IMG/VR virus record: IMGVR_UViG_3300038345_000144
DNA length: 64,000 nucleotides
Direction: 5' to 3' (one strand)
Source of the DNA: a virus
Lineage: Duplodnaviria; Caudoviricetes
Shown piece by piece: positions 50,599 through 61,267 of the stretch. The stretch's first letter is position 1. Each line of letters starts with the position of its first letter. Made by a program: the position numbers and the translations under genes. The notes below the pieces were generated by a model. It had not been told where the DNA came from. It saw only the letters and a program-made list of their open reading frames with translations, and searched no databases.

Positions 50599-51732
50599 TT
50601 AACTCCTGTGTAATTCTTTATAATCCCAATCCTTTACAACACCTTGAGCCTGTAAATTGGGGTCAAGTATAAGCCTGTTAATTTCTGCACCAATATTGTT
50701 ATCATCGAGATTATCGACAACCCTTGAGAGAATATCTCTAATCTGCGGTGTAAATAACATATACTGGGTATCTACAAGATATTTACCATCTTGTTTGAGC
50801 ATCTTCTGTGAAAGAACGATATTTAACTGCAAAATAAGGTCAAGAGCAAGGTTTTTATCGTTATCCAAGTGATACAAAAGACGGTTCATAGTACCCGCTA
50901 CATCTGCGGCGTGGAAGGTCGTTGATGTGATGTGACCTGTTCTTGCCGCCTCAATCGCCGCACAGATAACCTCTTTATCACGACACTCACCGACGATAAT
51001 CATATTAGGGTGTTCACGCAAGGAAGCCTTAATACCTAATGCGAAAGTCCTGAAATCTTTACCCAACTCTTTCTGTAAAATTCTAACATTTGAAGTTGAG
51101 TTAAACAGGTTCTCGATAGGGTCTTCCAGTGTGATAATAACCTTGTTGTCCAATATTTCGCCAGGTTTTGTAAAGGTGTTGATACACGCCGCCATTGTGG
51201 TAGATTTACCTGAACCCGTAGGACCAGTTTCATAGCAAATACCACTTGGTTGTGAATAAGCCCATCTTAACGCCTCTACACACTTCGGGTTATAGTTGAT
51301 GGTCTCAAAAGTAGGCTGTTCTGGTTTAATCATACGGAAAGTCGCTATTGGCTTTTCCTCTGAAAATCCGAAAGATACACGATAACGATAGTGTATTAAC
51401 TTTTCTGCATTAGGACTATCATCAGGAACTCTAACAGCAACAGAAGTATCGAGCAAACGGTTCTGGATATATTCAGTCTGCAACTCGTTACTTATATATG
51501 TTTCGTAAAAATCACCCCAGAGCAGTTTATCAATAGCCTTGCACGGAACCTTATAAATCTTACCAAATCGTGAGATATAAGGTGTATCATCGACTTTCAA
51601 ATAGACATCAGAGCATTTATGTTCTGTGGCAAAGACGAGTATCTCCTCAACTGTGTGTGGACCAGTAAATGCCTGAATATCTGCATCATCTGGGAGTTGA
51701 GGATTACCGCCTCCATTTAAGTTAATTTTCAT
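50599..51732 (-). CDS. PilT-like type II/IV secretion ATPase
   Basis: SDVYL, TGPTGSGKSTT, LEDPIE, LREHP..I.VGE.RD, ARTGH..TFH. Confidence 0.88.
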   Translation of the reverse strand: MKINLNGGGNPQLPDDADIQAFTGPHTVEEILVFATEHKCSDVYLKVDDTPYISRFGKIYKVPCKAIDKLLWGDFYETYISNELQTEYIQNRLLDTSVAVRVPDDSPNAEKLIHYRYRVSFGFSEEKPIATFRMIKPEQPTFETINYNPKCVEALRWAYSQPSGICYETGPTGSGKSTTMAACINTFTKPGEILDNKVIITLEDPIENLFNSTSNVRILQKELGKDFRTFALGIKASLREHPNMIIVGECRDKEVICAAIEAARTGHITSTTFHAADVAGTMNRLLYHLDNDKNLALDLILQLNIVLSQKMLKQDGKYLVDTQYMLFTPQIRDILSRVVDNLDDNNIGAEINRLILDPNLQAQGVVKDWDYKELHRS

Positions 51733-51754
51733 AAATTACTTACCTCGACTTTCA

Positions 51755-53062
51755 TTAGATATTATCTGTACCAATAGCAGGAGACCAAATTTCTGCTCCG
51801 TCGTCACCAACCGTAGCACCAGAGTTTTGCTGGAAACTCAACGGGAATGACAGATTAGCCATATGAATATACTTCTGTGGCTTTTTATTGATATAGTTAT
51901 CCAAGAAGTCTTTTGCCTGTGTCAATGACTTGGCTACCAGAATATTTCTGTCCTTGCAACTTGTGATAAAACTTGTTACTTTCTGTCTTAATCTTGCTTT
52001 ATCAGTATCATAGATAAGAATACTTGTATTGAAGTTACAGAGAATATCACCTCTCTGCTCAATACCATCAACTGCCAAACCAGCGATGTCGATAACATCC
52101 TGAACTGCACTAACCTGCTCATCTTCAGCGAGAGCCTTCAAAGCCTCATCACGCTCAAATCTTGCAGATGACCTAATTCTCTTTAAGTTAAGAATAGCAT
52201 CTTCCTTCTTTTCGCACTTAATAGAAGTTACGCAGTTTGCGAAGTCCATAGGGAAGTTACAGGTATCAATCAACGGAGGGAAAGCCCTAACATAAAGCAT
52301 ACAGCCATATGTTGTCTGTGGCTCAATACCGAAGATGTCAACTCCTTCATTGTGCATCTCAAACCAACCAAAATTGTCGATAACTGTCTGGGTAACGGAA
52401 CCCATAATGTCCTCGAAAGTCTTGTCATTGATATAAGATACCTTATCGTAAGAAATCTCGAAGTTAGGGAATACCTTACTTACATAGTTGTAGAATACCA
52501 ATTCCTTTGAGGCTCTTACACATCTTCCGTTGAGTGTACGGTAGATACTTTCCTCAATCTTCAAAATCTGTTCAGGGTCGCACTTTGTATTACCGAGACC
52601 AGCAACGACATTGATTGTCTGTCCGAAAACGGCTTTAACTGTCTGCCAGAGTGTCTTATCCTCGACATCAGTAACCGTTGACTGCTGAATATCAATCTCT
52701 AAAAGGCAGTAAGACTGCGATGCGTCACGAATGTTCTTTGTGAACTCGTAAGGCATTTCCCAGTCGTTCTTATAGAGTTCGATAGTGCCTAAAAGGTTGT
52801 TTTTAACATCCTTTGCTCGAACGACTTTCTCAATCTTCTCGATTGTAAAAGAAATTGTTGGGTTGTTTATCTGTAAGTTGGTAATCATCGCTACCAAAGA
52901 CTGAACAGAGTTCTCTACACCATTATCAGACGATGTAGAATAGTTAACTAACGGAATAATATAATAAGCGGTAATAATGCCGTTATTATAAAGAACATTA
53001 TCACCAATAATCTTGACATTATTCTGTCTTGTGGTAACTGTTACGGGTTTTGTTTCAGCCAT
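51755..53062 (-). CDS. VirB4/ConE/TcpF N-terminal-domain-like protein (no ATPase domain)
   Basis: IGDNVLYNNGIITAYYIIP..Y start, follows a TcpE-like gene, no Walker A. Confidence 0.5.
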   Translation of the reverse strand: MAETKPVTVTTRQNNVKIIGDNVLYNNGIITAYYIIPLVNYSTSSDNGVENSVQSLVAMITNLQINNPTISFTIEKIEKVVRAKDVKNNLLGTIELYKNDWEMPYEFTKNIRDASQSYCLLEIDIQQSTVTDVEDKTLWQTVKAVFGQTINVVAGLGNTKCDPEQILKIEESIYRTLNGRCVRASKELVFYNYVSKVFPNFEISYDKVSYINDKTFEDIMGSVTQTVIDNFGWFEMHNEGVDIFGIEPQTTYGCMLYVRAFPPLIDTCNFPMDFANCVTSIKCEKKEDAILNLKRIRSSARFERDEALKALAEDEQVSAVQDVIDIAGLAVDGIEQRGDILCNFNTSILIYDTDKARLRQKVTSFITSCKDRNILVAKSLTQAKDFLDNYINKKPQKYIHMANLSFPLSFQQNSGATVGDDGAEIWSPAIGTDNI

Positions 53063-53093
53063 AATATATTAGTCTTCCTTTCTTTTTATTTAT

Positions 53094-53504
53094 TTAGAGT
53101 AGATGCTTAAAGAAAGCATTTATTTTAATGTTATTTAACTTATATTCAGTAAGCCTGAAGTTGTTTGAATAACACTTTTTAGGCTTAAAATAAGCACCTA
53201 AATACTGGTAAAGCCTATATCCTGCGAACTGGATATACCATAGACCCAAGCCAACGCCTATTCCTGCACCTGTCCAGAGAACAGTGTACTGCCAAATAAA
53301 CTTTGCTGTCTTGGAAAATGGGTTAAGGAAAGTTATTCCAAAAGGAATACCAATCACGCCTCCGACTATCATAAATGCGATAGCAACAGGGGCAACAACC
53401 TTCAAAAATTCAACTGAAATACCGCCAGACATACTATAACCACCAACGCTATAAATTTTAGACTCACGGTTTTTAAGTGAAGTGTAATTCCAACATCTAC
53501 TCAT
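53094..53504 (-). CDS. TcpE/VirB3-like conjugation membrane protein
   Basis: NYTSL...E.KIYS.GG start, two TMs, G..LYQYL..YF.PK. Confidence 0.6.
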   Translation of the reverse strand: MSRCWNYTSLKNRESKIYSVGGYSMSGGISVEFLKVVAPVAIAFMIVGGVIGIPFGITFLNPFSKTAKFIWQYTVLWTGAGIGVGLGLWYIQFAGYRLYQYLGAYFKPKKCYSNNFRLTEYKLNNIKINAFFKHLL

Positions 53505-53595
53505 TTAATATTACCTCCTGTTATATTTTAACATATAAAAAGGTACATCGGATTAGTGATGTACCTATTTTAAGTATTTTATGCTGTATAATTAC

Positions 53596-54267
53596 TTACT
53601 TTTTATAATACCACTGAAAATCCTTAAAGACGCAATCATCAGTGATGGAGTCTGATAACAGACCATTCAAAAGACTGAAATATGCAGTAGCATACTCTTC
53701 CATAGGAAATCCATTCAACTCTTGTGGCTTGAACTTTCTTGCCAACTTGAGCAAAACATCTAAATCAATATGATGCAGATTATCCACATCAATTGTTTCC
53801 ATTAACTCACCCTTTGTTACTCCAGCAGGGTACTGGAAATGCAGGCAGAGAATAACATCGACGAAGTTCTTAAATCCTCGGTCTGAATGTATCATTGTGA
53901 GGTTCATCTTCTCGATAAGGGACTCCTTGATGCTACGGATAGCACCCGCAATCTCCGCACCTGGCTTGTACTCAATATCTACCTTTACCCAGAGGTTCTC
54001 CTTGAATACGATAAGCCTATAATTATCGGCTTTGGTGGTCTGGACCTCAACTCTGAAGCCTGCCTCTTCCAAAACCTTTACAAGGTGCGTAGGGGACTTC
54101 TCTTTCTCCAATTCACAACAAATTCTGATGTCAATATCTGTTGTTTCTCTTGGCTCCCATAAGTCGTCTACGCTTACATTCTTTACAATAGAATAAGCCC
54201 CCACTAACTTGTACTGGGGGTACTGCAAAATGATGTTTACCACATCTTCTCTAATGTCATAATACAT
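53596..54267 (-). CDS. AbiEii-like nucleotidyltransferase toxin
   Basis: LVGA..., RETTDIDI, KVDI, EK, KNFVD; start MYYDIR after AGGAG. Confidence 0.65.
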   Translation of the reverse strand: MYYDIREDVVNIILQYPQYKLVGAYSIVKNVSVDDLWEPRETTDIDIRICCELEKEKSPTHLVKVLEEAGFRVEVQTTKADNYRLIVFKENLWVKVDIEYKPGAEIAGAIRSIKESLIEKMNLTMIHSDRGFKNFVDVILCLHFQYPAGVTKGELMETIDVDNLHHIDLDVLLKLARKFKPQELNGFPMEEYATAYFSLLNGLLSDSITDDCVFKDFQWYYKK

Positions 54268-54269
54268 AC

Positions 54270-54659
54270 TCAAATATCTCCTAAATACTCCTCCAACTTG
54301 TCTGCAATCAATTCCTTGTATGCAGGACGGTCCTCTAACCACGCTGTAAAGTCATCAATATCCATACATTCAATCATTTCTTCGATATGGCTGTCATCGT
54401 AGTCATATCTAAATGAGTCAAATATAGCCTGATTGATGGTAGCAATCTGAACCCCATTATACTCTTCTGCCTCAAATTCAGCGTCCATAGGAACTACCCA
54501 GATAGGCTGATAATACTTATCTGTTTCTACTTCCTTTGATGCACAAAAGATAACTCTGGGGTCTGATGATGTGCCAAAATTACGATAGGCTAAAGCACTC
54601 CGACCTGTCAGAGTAGTATTTGGTGCTATGATATTTGTCATATCTATTATTCGTAACAT
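54270..54659 (-). CDS. AbiEi-like antitoxin
   Basis: LTGRSAL..., IATINQAIFD; directly upstream of the NTase gene. Confidence 0.55.
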   Translation of the reverse strand: MLRIIDMTNIIAPNTTLTGRSALAYRNFGTSSDPRVIFCASKEVETDKYYQPIWVVPMDAEFEAEEYNGVQIATINQAIFDSFRYDYDDSHIEEMIECMDIDDFTAWLEDRPAYKELIADKLEEYLGDI

Positions 54660-54703
54660 AACACAATTATATACTACGCCATACAGATTTGTAAAGAGTG
54701 CTA

Positions 54704-56614
54704 TTAAATCATAGCCATAAATTCGTCTTCAGTGATGACGGTAATACCCAACTTCTTTGCCTTCTCCATCTTGGAGGAACCGCTATTCTTATCGTTGCAG
54801 ATAAGGTAATCAAGTCCCTTACCGACAGAGGCAAACTTACCGCCGTTCTCTTCGATAACCTTAATGAAGTCATCACGCTTCATTGAGTTTAACTTACCAG
54901 TAATGCAGAATGACTTATTTGCTAACTTGCCATTTTCATTTACATTTCTTATAGTTAAATAGTCCATAACTTCGTCAATTTCACTATAATCGAAATCCAG
55001 CAGGGTCTTTGCTGTAATTGCACCGATGCCCTTGATTGCTGTGAAGTCAACACCTTCCTTGACTGCATTACGGAAAGCGTACCAATCATTGTTATACTGC
55101 TCTGCGAGGAGTTCTCCACAATGCTTTTCTACATTAGGAATACCTGCTGAAGCAATAACTCTCCAGAACTCAACAGACTGGGGAATACCGTCCAAAATCT
55201 TGTCTACGGAGCCTTCACCAAAGCCAGAGTAAGCAATCCACTCGTCTCTGTGGGTCTTAAGTGTAAATACATCTGCCAGTCTTGTAAGCCAGCCCTTGCT
55301 AACGAGGAACTTAACTGTATTGTCGCTGATAGCCTCAACATCGAGTCCGTGGCTACCGAGGAACTGGAGAAGTCTACCCTCAACCTGTGCCTGACAATTA
55401 CGGTTAGTACACTTGAGTACCTCTGCAACGCCAGAGTCGTCGATTGTGAGGGGCTTACCGCAAATAGGGCAAACGGTAGGAACTTCCAGTCTAATCTGTG
55501 TTCCGTCAAATCCTCTATCTGCTCTTGCAATCTGCGGAATAATCATATTAGCCTTGAAAACCTGTACTCCCTGACCAACATAAGGGTTTTCACCGAGAGT
55601 TTCTCTCAAAATGGAGAGGTTATGGAGGCTTGCGTTCTGAACTGTTGTACCCTCAATCTCAACGGGCTTAAATCTTGCGACAGGAGTAAGAACGCCTGTA
55701 CGACCCATTGACCAGTAGATACCTTCCAGTTCTGAAGGATGCTCTTCGTCATAGAACTTGAAAGCAAATGAACCCTGAAATGCGTGGTCCGTCTTACCCT
55801 TTGACTTCCAAATCTTATCGTCATTGATACGATAAACGAGACCGTCGATAGGGTACTGAAGGTCTGCACACTTCTGTCTTAATCTTGCCTGCTGTTCTTC
55901 CAGATGTTCCTTATCTACTACTTCGTAAGGAACTACGATAAATCCGTACTGGTCGAGGTTCTCTAACTTCTTATCAAAGTTATCATCTGAAGAGATAATG
56001 TCCCAAGCAACATATGTGAGTCTTCTTGATGCACATACGAGGGGGTTCAGAAGTCTGATGGAGCCTGCCGCAAAGTTACGGGGGTTCTTATACATATCTT
56101 CAAATTCCTTAAAATCATCATACTTGCAGATGATTTCACCGTCTACTACGAGGCGATATTCAGGAATAATCATAGGAACTGTCTTCGGAATTGAAGGAAT
56201 AACCATAGCGTTGTGGAGAATATCCTCACCTACAATACCGTTTCCTCTTGTTTCTGCTGATACCAGAGTGCAGTTCTCATATGTTACGGAGCAAGTAAGT
56301 CCGTCCATCTTTGCCATAGCGATACAATCGTAAGGTGCTACCCACTTTGCGATAACATTGACATCCTTTGTCTTATCAAGGGAAAGCATAGGGTGTCCGT
56401 GTGTCACCTTCTTGAGTCCTGACTGTGCCTCAAACTGTACTGAAATAATAGGGCTTGTAGGGTCAGCATAACCTGTTTCCTTTTCATACTGCTCACAAGC
56501 AAAATAGAGGTCGTCCCATTCCTTATCTGATACTTCAGGGCAACCCTCGTCGTACTTCTTTGTGAGGTAGTTAAGTCTCTCGATTGAAAGTGTGTATTCT
56601 TCTCTGGTCATCAT
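54704..56614 (-). CDS. ligA: NAD-dependent DNA ligase
   Basis: HPMLSLDK, KMDG, TRGNG, NPRNFAAGS, zinc finger, BRCT. Confidence 0.97.
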   Translation of the reverse strand: MMTREEYTLSIERLNYLTKKYDEGCPEVSDKEWDDLYFACEQYEKETGYADPTSPIISVQFEAQSGLKKVTHGHPMLSLDKTKDVNVIAKWVAPYDCIAMAKMDGLTCSVTYENCTLVSAETRGNGIVGEDILHNAMVIPSIPKTVPMIIPEYRLVVDGEIICKYDDFKEFEDMYKNPRNFAAGSIRLLNPLVCASRRLTYVAWDIISSDDNFDKKLENLDQYGFIVVPYEVVDKEHLEEQQARLRQKCADLQYPIDGLVYRINDDKIWKSKGKTDHAFQGSFAFKFYDEEHPSELEGIYWSMGRTGVLTPVARFKPVEIEGTTVQNASLHNLSILRETLGENPYVGQGVQVFKANMIIPQIARADRGFDGTQIRLEVPTVCPICGKPLTIDDSGVAEVLKCTNRNCQAQVEGRLLQFLGSHGLDVEAISDNTVKFLVSKGWLTRLADVFTLKTHRDEWIAYSGFGEGSVDKILDGIPQSVEFWRVIASAGIPNVEKHCGELLAEQYNNDWYAFRNAVKEGVDFTAIKGIGAITAKTLLDFDYSEIDEVMDYLTIRNVNENGKLANKSFCITGKLNSMKRDDFIKVIEENGGKFASVGKGLDYLICNDKNSGSSKMEKAKKLGITVITEDEFMAMI

Positions 56615-56712
56615 AGGTTTTGTCTCCTTTGCTTTAATGATGTCATTATACCACAAAGGAAACCCAGTTGTAAATAGTCATATTATAATAATTATAATAA
56701 AAGGGGACTTTT

Positions 56713-57069
56713 TTAGTCCCCTAATTCTTTGTCGTAATCTTCCTGTTCAGGTATATCCAAAGCCTGCAACTGATTTACTCTGTCCAAGTACCTCTTAATT
56801 CTGGGATAATCCAGTTCGAGTTCAGGAACATCGGTATTGGCTTCTCTATATGATTGATAAACCACAACAAGTGTGTAATCCTCTGCATTTTCCTCTTCGA
56901 GCCTATTCAAACACTGTCGGCACTCTGCTTCCGTAGGCGGGTATTCAGGGTGATTTCTGTAAAACGGAATGATAATCTTATTCAGGTCGTTGATTAACAA
57001 AGGATATAACCTCATATTAGAAATCGACTTAAACTTACCACGAATGTAGGTTAACTGTTCTTTAAGCAT
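56713..57069 (-). CDS. hypothetical protein
   Basis: ORF overlapping the upstream stop. Confidence 0.5.
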   Translation of the reverse strand: MLKEQLTYIRGKFKSISNMRLYPLLINDLNKIIIPFYRNHPEYPPTEAECRQCLNRLEEENAEDYTLVVVYQSYREANTDVPELELDYPRIKRYLDRVNQLQALDIPEQEDYDKELGD

Positions 57070-57622
57070 ATTCTTGCTCCTTTTCGATAATCTTCAGGAT
57101 GGTGTCCATCAGTTCGCTAAAAGTAGAGCACCTGATAATACCCTCACCCTCGTCCATTTCCTTGTTCCACGGCTTATCCAAGAATACTTTGTATTTAGCC
57201 TTTGAACGCCTATTGTTTGCAACATTGTCATCGCAGAAGATAAGCACATTTCTCAACGGCTTCTTGGCTTCTGTTGATACATCAAGAATTATTTGTTTTT
57301 CGGGCAAATCAAAGACGGTACTGATAATTCTCTTGTATGCCTGTACTTTTTTGGTCATACTATTAGAGTGGATATAAACGGCATAGCCCTTTTCTTCCAG
57401 TTTCTTAATATCAGTAGCACCTTCATACCACTCTATATCCTTCCAAAGTTTCGGATTTCTATAAAGTGCTAACAGTCTGCGTCTTTGCTTTGGTGTCAAA
57501 TAGGGGTTATCTTCCAGACGGAAACATACCAATTTATCATATTCGACACCAACAATCTTGGAGGCTCTTTCATTCAAGCCCCAAAGAATATCATCCATAT
57601 CGAATACAATCTTTTTTCTCAT
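57062..57622 (-). CDS. 5'(3')-deoxyribonucleotidase (NT5C, HAD family)
   Basis: FDMDD, DD, PWN motifs. Confidence 0.75.
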   Translation of the reverse strand: MRKKIVFDMDDILWGLNERASKIVGVEYDKLVCFRLEDNPYLTPKQRRRLLALYRNPKLWKDIEWYEGATDIKKLEEKGYAVYIHSNSMTKKVQAYKRIISTVFDLPEKQIILDVSTEAKKPLRNVLIFCDDNVANNRRSKAKYKVFLDKPWNKEMDEGEGIIRCSTFSELMDTILKIIEKEQEYA

Positions 57623-57643
57623 ATCATAATTTTATCAGAATTC

Positions 57644-58580
57644 TTACAACTTTCTGGGAATTCTGATAGGCTTATTGTTATCAGCCTGCCACCTTTCATC
57701 TGCTTCAAGTATTTCAGTCCAACGACTTCTTATAGAGCCATCGGGCTTATCCTTCCAGCCGTCATCTTCCTTAATTCCCTTTGCAATATTAAGGGTAACA
57801 ACTGTCACAATAGTCGTAAGTAATACCATTGTTATTGCCTGTGTCTTTCTCATTTTCCTAATTTCCTTTCTCCCTTGTTAGACAATACGCCTAACAGATT
57901 TGTATAAGTATTATATCCTATTGAAAATGTTTTTGTCAATAGATACAATAGATGGCTGGTTCTACATCATCTACAAACTCTTTGATAGTGGAACCAACAT
58001 CCGACATCTGCATCCAGGCAAGGAAGTTTTCCAAATCATAAATGGGGAGTTCTTTAAGGTTGCCACTATAACGGATAAAATCACCGTTATCAACCTTCTT
58101 CTTATCAAACAAACCCGCAATATTAAGGGTCATAGTGTCTAAATAGAATTCAAGGTTGTATTTACACTGTGGCTTATCTTTAGGGAATAATCGAATAACA
58201 CCGTCGGTGGAGTGACGGAGATACTTCAGGTTCATATAGTTAGTCATTCTCAACATCTGCTTAAAGCCTTTTGTATCAAAGCCTGCCAACATACGAGTCT
58301 GTACTAAATCCAAGTAAAGAACCATAAAAACAGCGAGTTGACCCACTATTTCTTTTTGCTCACTTGTGGCGAGCGATGGTTCTGGGAAATTTAAGTGTTT
58401 AGCAATTTCATTTGCAAAACTTTCTGCGTCTTCAGTAGAAATTTTAGAATAGGGTGGTAAATCGCAAAGTGGCGTGGTCATAAGATAAGCCATAACACTA
58501 TTAGGTATTCCTTCGTAAATAATGTCAAATAGGCATTTCTCTTTATTAGCCATTACCCTTAACAAGTAATTATTAGCCAT
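57644..58580 (-). CDS. two hypothetical ORFs (57644-57853, 57936-58580)
   Basis: ORFs with SDs. Confidence 0.5.
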
Positions 58581-58606
58581 TTGAAAATACCCCCTTCCTA
58601 AATTTC

Positions 58607-58756
58607 TTAAATTCTAATAACTTTTTCCTCACTGGTTTCCCGATTGATGAGTTGCATCTTATCGTTTGAGTGTTTCTGGACCAACCACTTGTAAGTGTCA
58701 AGTCCGTATGCCTTCAAAATCTTTCGCTCCGCTTCAGTGGGTTTCTTACCGTGCAT
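58607..58756 (-). CDS. small phage protein (DUF6906-like), not in the ORF track
   Basis: MHGKKPTEAERKILKAYGLDTYKWLVQK..., 49 aa, AAGGAG SD. Confidence 0.65.
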   Translation of the reverse strand: MHGKKPTEAERKILKAYGLDTYKWLVQKHSNDKMQLINRETSEEKVIRI

Positions 58757-58763
58757 AAAAAAG

Positions 58764-59318
58764 TTACTGCTCCTTCTGTGTCATTAAATAATTATACAGA
58801 GTGTCGCCAAATTCATAGAAACGCTCCTGATTGTAGTCGTTCTTATATCTGTAAATGACGATACCTGTTACTTCTTCGTTATCGAGACGCTTCTCAAATG
58901 CTGTAAAGTCAGCGTCTTCCTTCTTGATACGCTTGTCATATACTTCAGGTCTGTCACCACGAATTAAAGCGTGTTCTCTTGCAACAGGTTCATCTGCCTC
59001 AACATAGACCAAAGTATAGTTATCGCTCGGACACTTCTTTCTCAACTCGTCAAAGCCATACGGGTCAATGATATAAATATCACTATCATCGTACTGCTCC
59101 TGTGTAGCAAAGTAGATTGTGTCGTTCAAAACGGTAGAAGCAACCTTATTGGGATAGTTGTCTACCTCATCTTCAGAAATAAAGATGTGTGAGTCCTCTC
59201 CCTCAAACTTCGGCTCTCTGGTCGTATAGGACTTCAATACCTTCATACCCTTTGTAGCCAGATAGTTTGCTAAAGTGTCTTTGCCTCTACCGCTTCTTCC
59301 AATGATAAATAACTGCAT
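58764..59318 (-). CDS. guanylate kinase-like nucleotide kinase
   Basis: GRSGRGKDT, SYTTR.P, H.FIS, IIDP.G. Confidence 0.85.
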   Translation of the reverse strand: MQLFIIGRSGRGKDTLANYLATKGMKVLKSYTTREPKFEGEDSHIFISEDEVDNYPNKVASTVLNDTIYFATQEQYDDSDIYIIDPYGFDELRKKCPSDNYTLVYVEADEPVAREHALIRGDRPEVYDKRIKKEDADFTAFEKRLDNEEVTGIVIYRYKNDYNQERFYEFGDTLYNYLMTQKEQ

Positions 59319-59346
59319 AAATATAAGTTCCTTTCAAAAAATTTTA

Positions 59347-60081
59347 TTATCCTCTTTTTTCTTGTTCGTCCTCAACGATGGTAAACAACTGATGGACATA
59401 CTTGCCGTCAACAGGCATCTTATCCTTACGGAAGACATCTACGCTTGCTGTAAGTGCCATAGAAACACCTACATAAGTATGACCTCTGTATTCCTCGTCA
59501 AAGGACATAACAGGGGAAGCGGATTTTGTCCACTGGATTTGATACTCTGAATTCTCTGCATTGAACTTCTGTACGGCACTTTTAGCCTTGTCAACAAAAG
59601 TCTTGTGACTGTCAATAACTCTCTTACGGGCTTCTGTCGCAGGCATACCCTTACGATATGCGTATTCTACTGTAACGCCACCCTGCCAAAATCTGTATCT
59701 AACAACGAGGTCGTCAGAGTTACGGAAAGTGCTTGAGTTGTAGAATTCAACAGCCAAGTTGTGCAGTTCCTTCATAAGCCTGTATTCGCAACCTACACGG
59801 ATTTCACGCTTCTGCGTAGGAAGGTTGTTGAACTTCTGGTCTTCATAAGGAATATCATCAATTACCTCAAGACCGTCATACCAACGCTCAAAATCTGAAC
59901 CAAGTCGCTCTCTCTTGTTGGTAACATATCTATCCCAACGCTCAAGATACGACTCGTCCATACGAGCCATCTTCATTAAGGACTTAAATTCATCTAAATC
60001 ACTCGGACAAGGATTAACCTTGTCGTCAACGACATAGGTGATAAATAAATCTCCAAACTTTTTCAAATCTTCGCCTGTCAT
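59347..60081 (-). CDS. hypothetical protein
   Basis: ORF with GGAGG SD. Confidence 0.6.
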   Translation of the reverse strand: MTGEDLKKFGDLFITYVVDDKVNPCPSDLDEFKSLMKMARMDESYLERWDRYVTNKRERLGSDFERWYDGLEVIDDIPYEDQKFNNLPTQKREIRVGCEYRLMKELHNLAVEFYNSSTFRNSDDLVVRYRFWQGGVTVEYAYRKGMPATEARKRVIDSHKTFVDKAKSAVQKFNAENSEYQIQWTKSASPVMSFDEEYRGHTYVGVSMALTASVDVFRKDKMPVDGKYVHQLFTIVEDEQEKRG

Positions 60082-60133
60082 AGTAAAACCTCCAATAGTA
60101 TATCAAATTCTCATTTATTTGTTAATACCCTAA

Positions 60134-61246
60134 TTACTGGTTGCCTAAAAATTCAACTGTCTCACCGTTAGCGAGAGCCTCTTGAATTTTAGAAGTACAA
60201 ATATCAATTTCCTCTTGTGTCATAGTTAAATTATATTTTTCACAAATAACCAGCCAACTGTAACAATAATCCTCTACATTTACTGTTGGGAGCCACTGTG
60301 CAGGACCCTTATCACCTTTTGAACGGTTAGCGGAGTAAATAACATCAATACCGATGTCTTGGTCATAAGCATAAGCGTTCATCTGTTCAGGTGTCCAGTT
60401 AGCACCACCCCTCAAGTAAACAGATTTTAACGGAACTATGTGGTCAAAGTCAAGGTTTTGTTCGTTAGTTACTGTTGTGCCTGTATATGGGCAAGTGTAA
60501 CTGAACGGATTTTCACTAACCAAGAACCTACTTGTATGCCAAGCATAGTCGTGTCTGTTGTAAGTGGTATTACCAATCTTGTAGGTTTTAACTGGGCTTT
60601 CAAAGGAATTTCTCTGATATGTGTTCAAAGTAGCCAATTCACCGACTTCGATATTAGCCACTAACTCATTGAGTTCTTCCTCATCTTTAAGATACTTACC
60701 ATTTGCGGATAATACAGGGGCAGTAGACTCTGTTGTACCACCCTCTCCAGTCTCGGAGGTTGTTGTTTCACTATTAGGTACAGCCTCGCAGGAGATTGTA
60801 GCGTCCTTATCACAATTATTGTTTAAGAACCTGATGAGTCCGACTGTTGTAGTCTGTCCAAGTGAGTATTCGTGTCCGTCAATAACTAACTTATACTGAC
60901 TGGAGTAAACGAACTGTGCGTTCTCGGTATTATTTCCGCTATTTGTACCTTGCGTACCGAGAGGCTCATTTCCGTTATTGTTATTCTCACCGTTGTTTCC
61001 TGAATTATCGCTGTTATTACCTGAAGGCAATTCTCCATCGTCAGGTTGATACCAATTTCCGTCTGACGGTAAAGTTTCATTTCCTGAAGGTAGGTCAATA
61101 TCTGGAGTTTTTATGTTAAAAACCTGGTCGGGAGTCTTGAGTTCGACCTGCCTACTAATTTCTGAAATCTTATAACCGCCGACCCAGAGTATGCCAACAA
61201 ACAAAAGTGCTACGATGGCAACTCTAATCGCAGTTTTCCATAACAT
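60134..61246 (-). CDS. membrane-anchored extracellular HNH nuclease (DUF1524-like)
   Basis: N-terminal TM, Asn-rich linker, CPYTG, DFDHIVPL, NRSKGDKGP..WLP. Confidence 0.8.
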   Translation of the reverse strand: MLWKTAIRVAIVALLFVGILWVGGYKISEISRQVELKTPDQVFNIKTPDIDLPSGNETLPSDGNWYQPDDGELPSGNNSDNSGNNGENNNNGNEPLGTQGTNSGNNTENAQFVYSSQYKLVIDGHEYSLGQTTTVGLIRFLNNNCDKDATISCEAVPNSETTTSETGEGGTTESTAPVLSANGKYLKDEEELNELVANIEVGELATLNTYQRNSFESPVKTYKIGNTTYNRHDYAWHTSRFLVSENPFSYTCPYTGTTVTNEQNLDFDHIVPLKSVYLRGGANWTPEQMNAYAYDQDIGIDVIYSANRSKGDKGPAQWLPTVNVEDYCYSWLVICEKYNLTMTQEEIDICTSKIQEALANGETVEFLGNQ

Positions 61247-61267
61247 AGATTTTCTCCTTTCTATATA

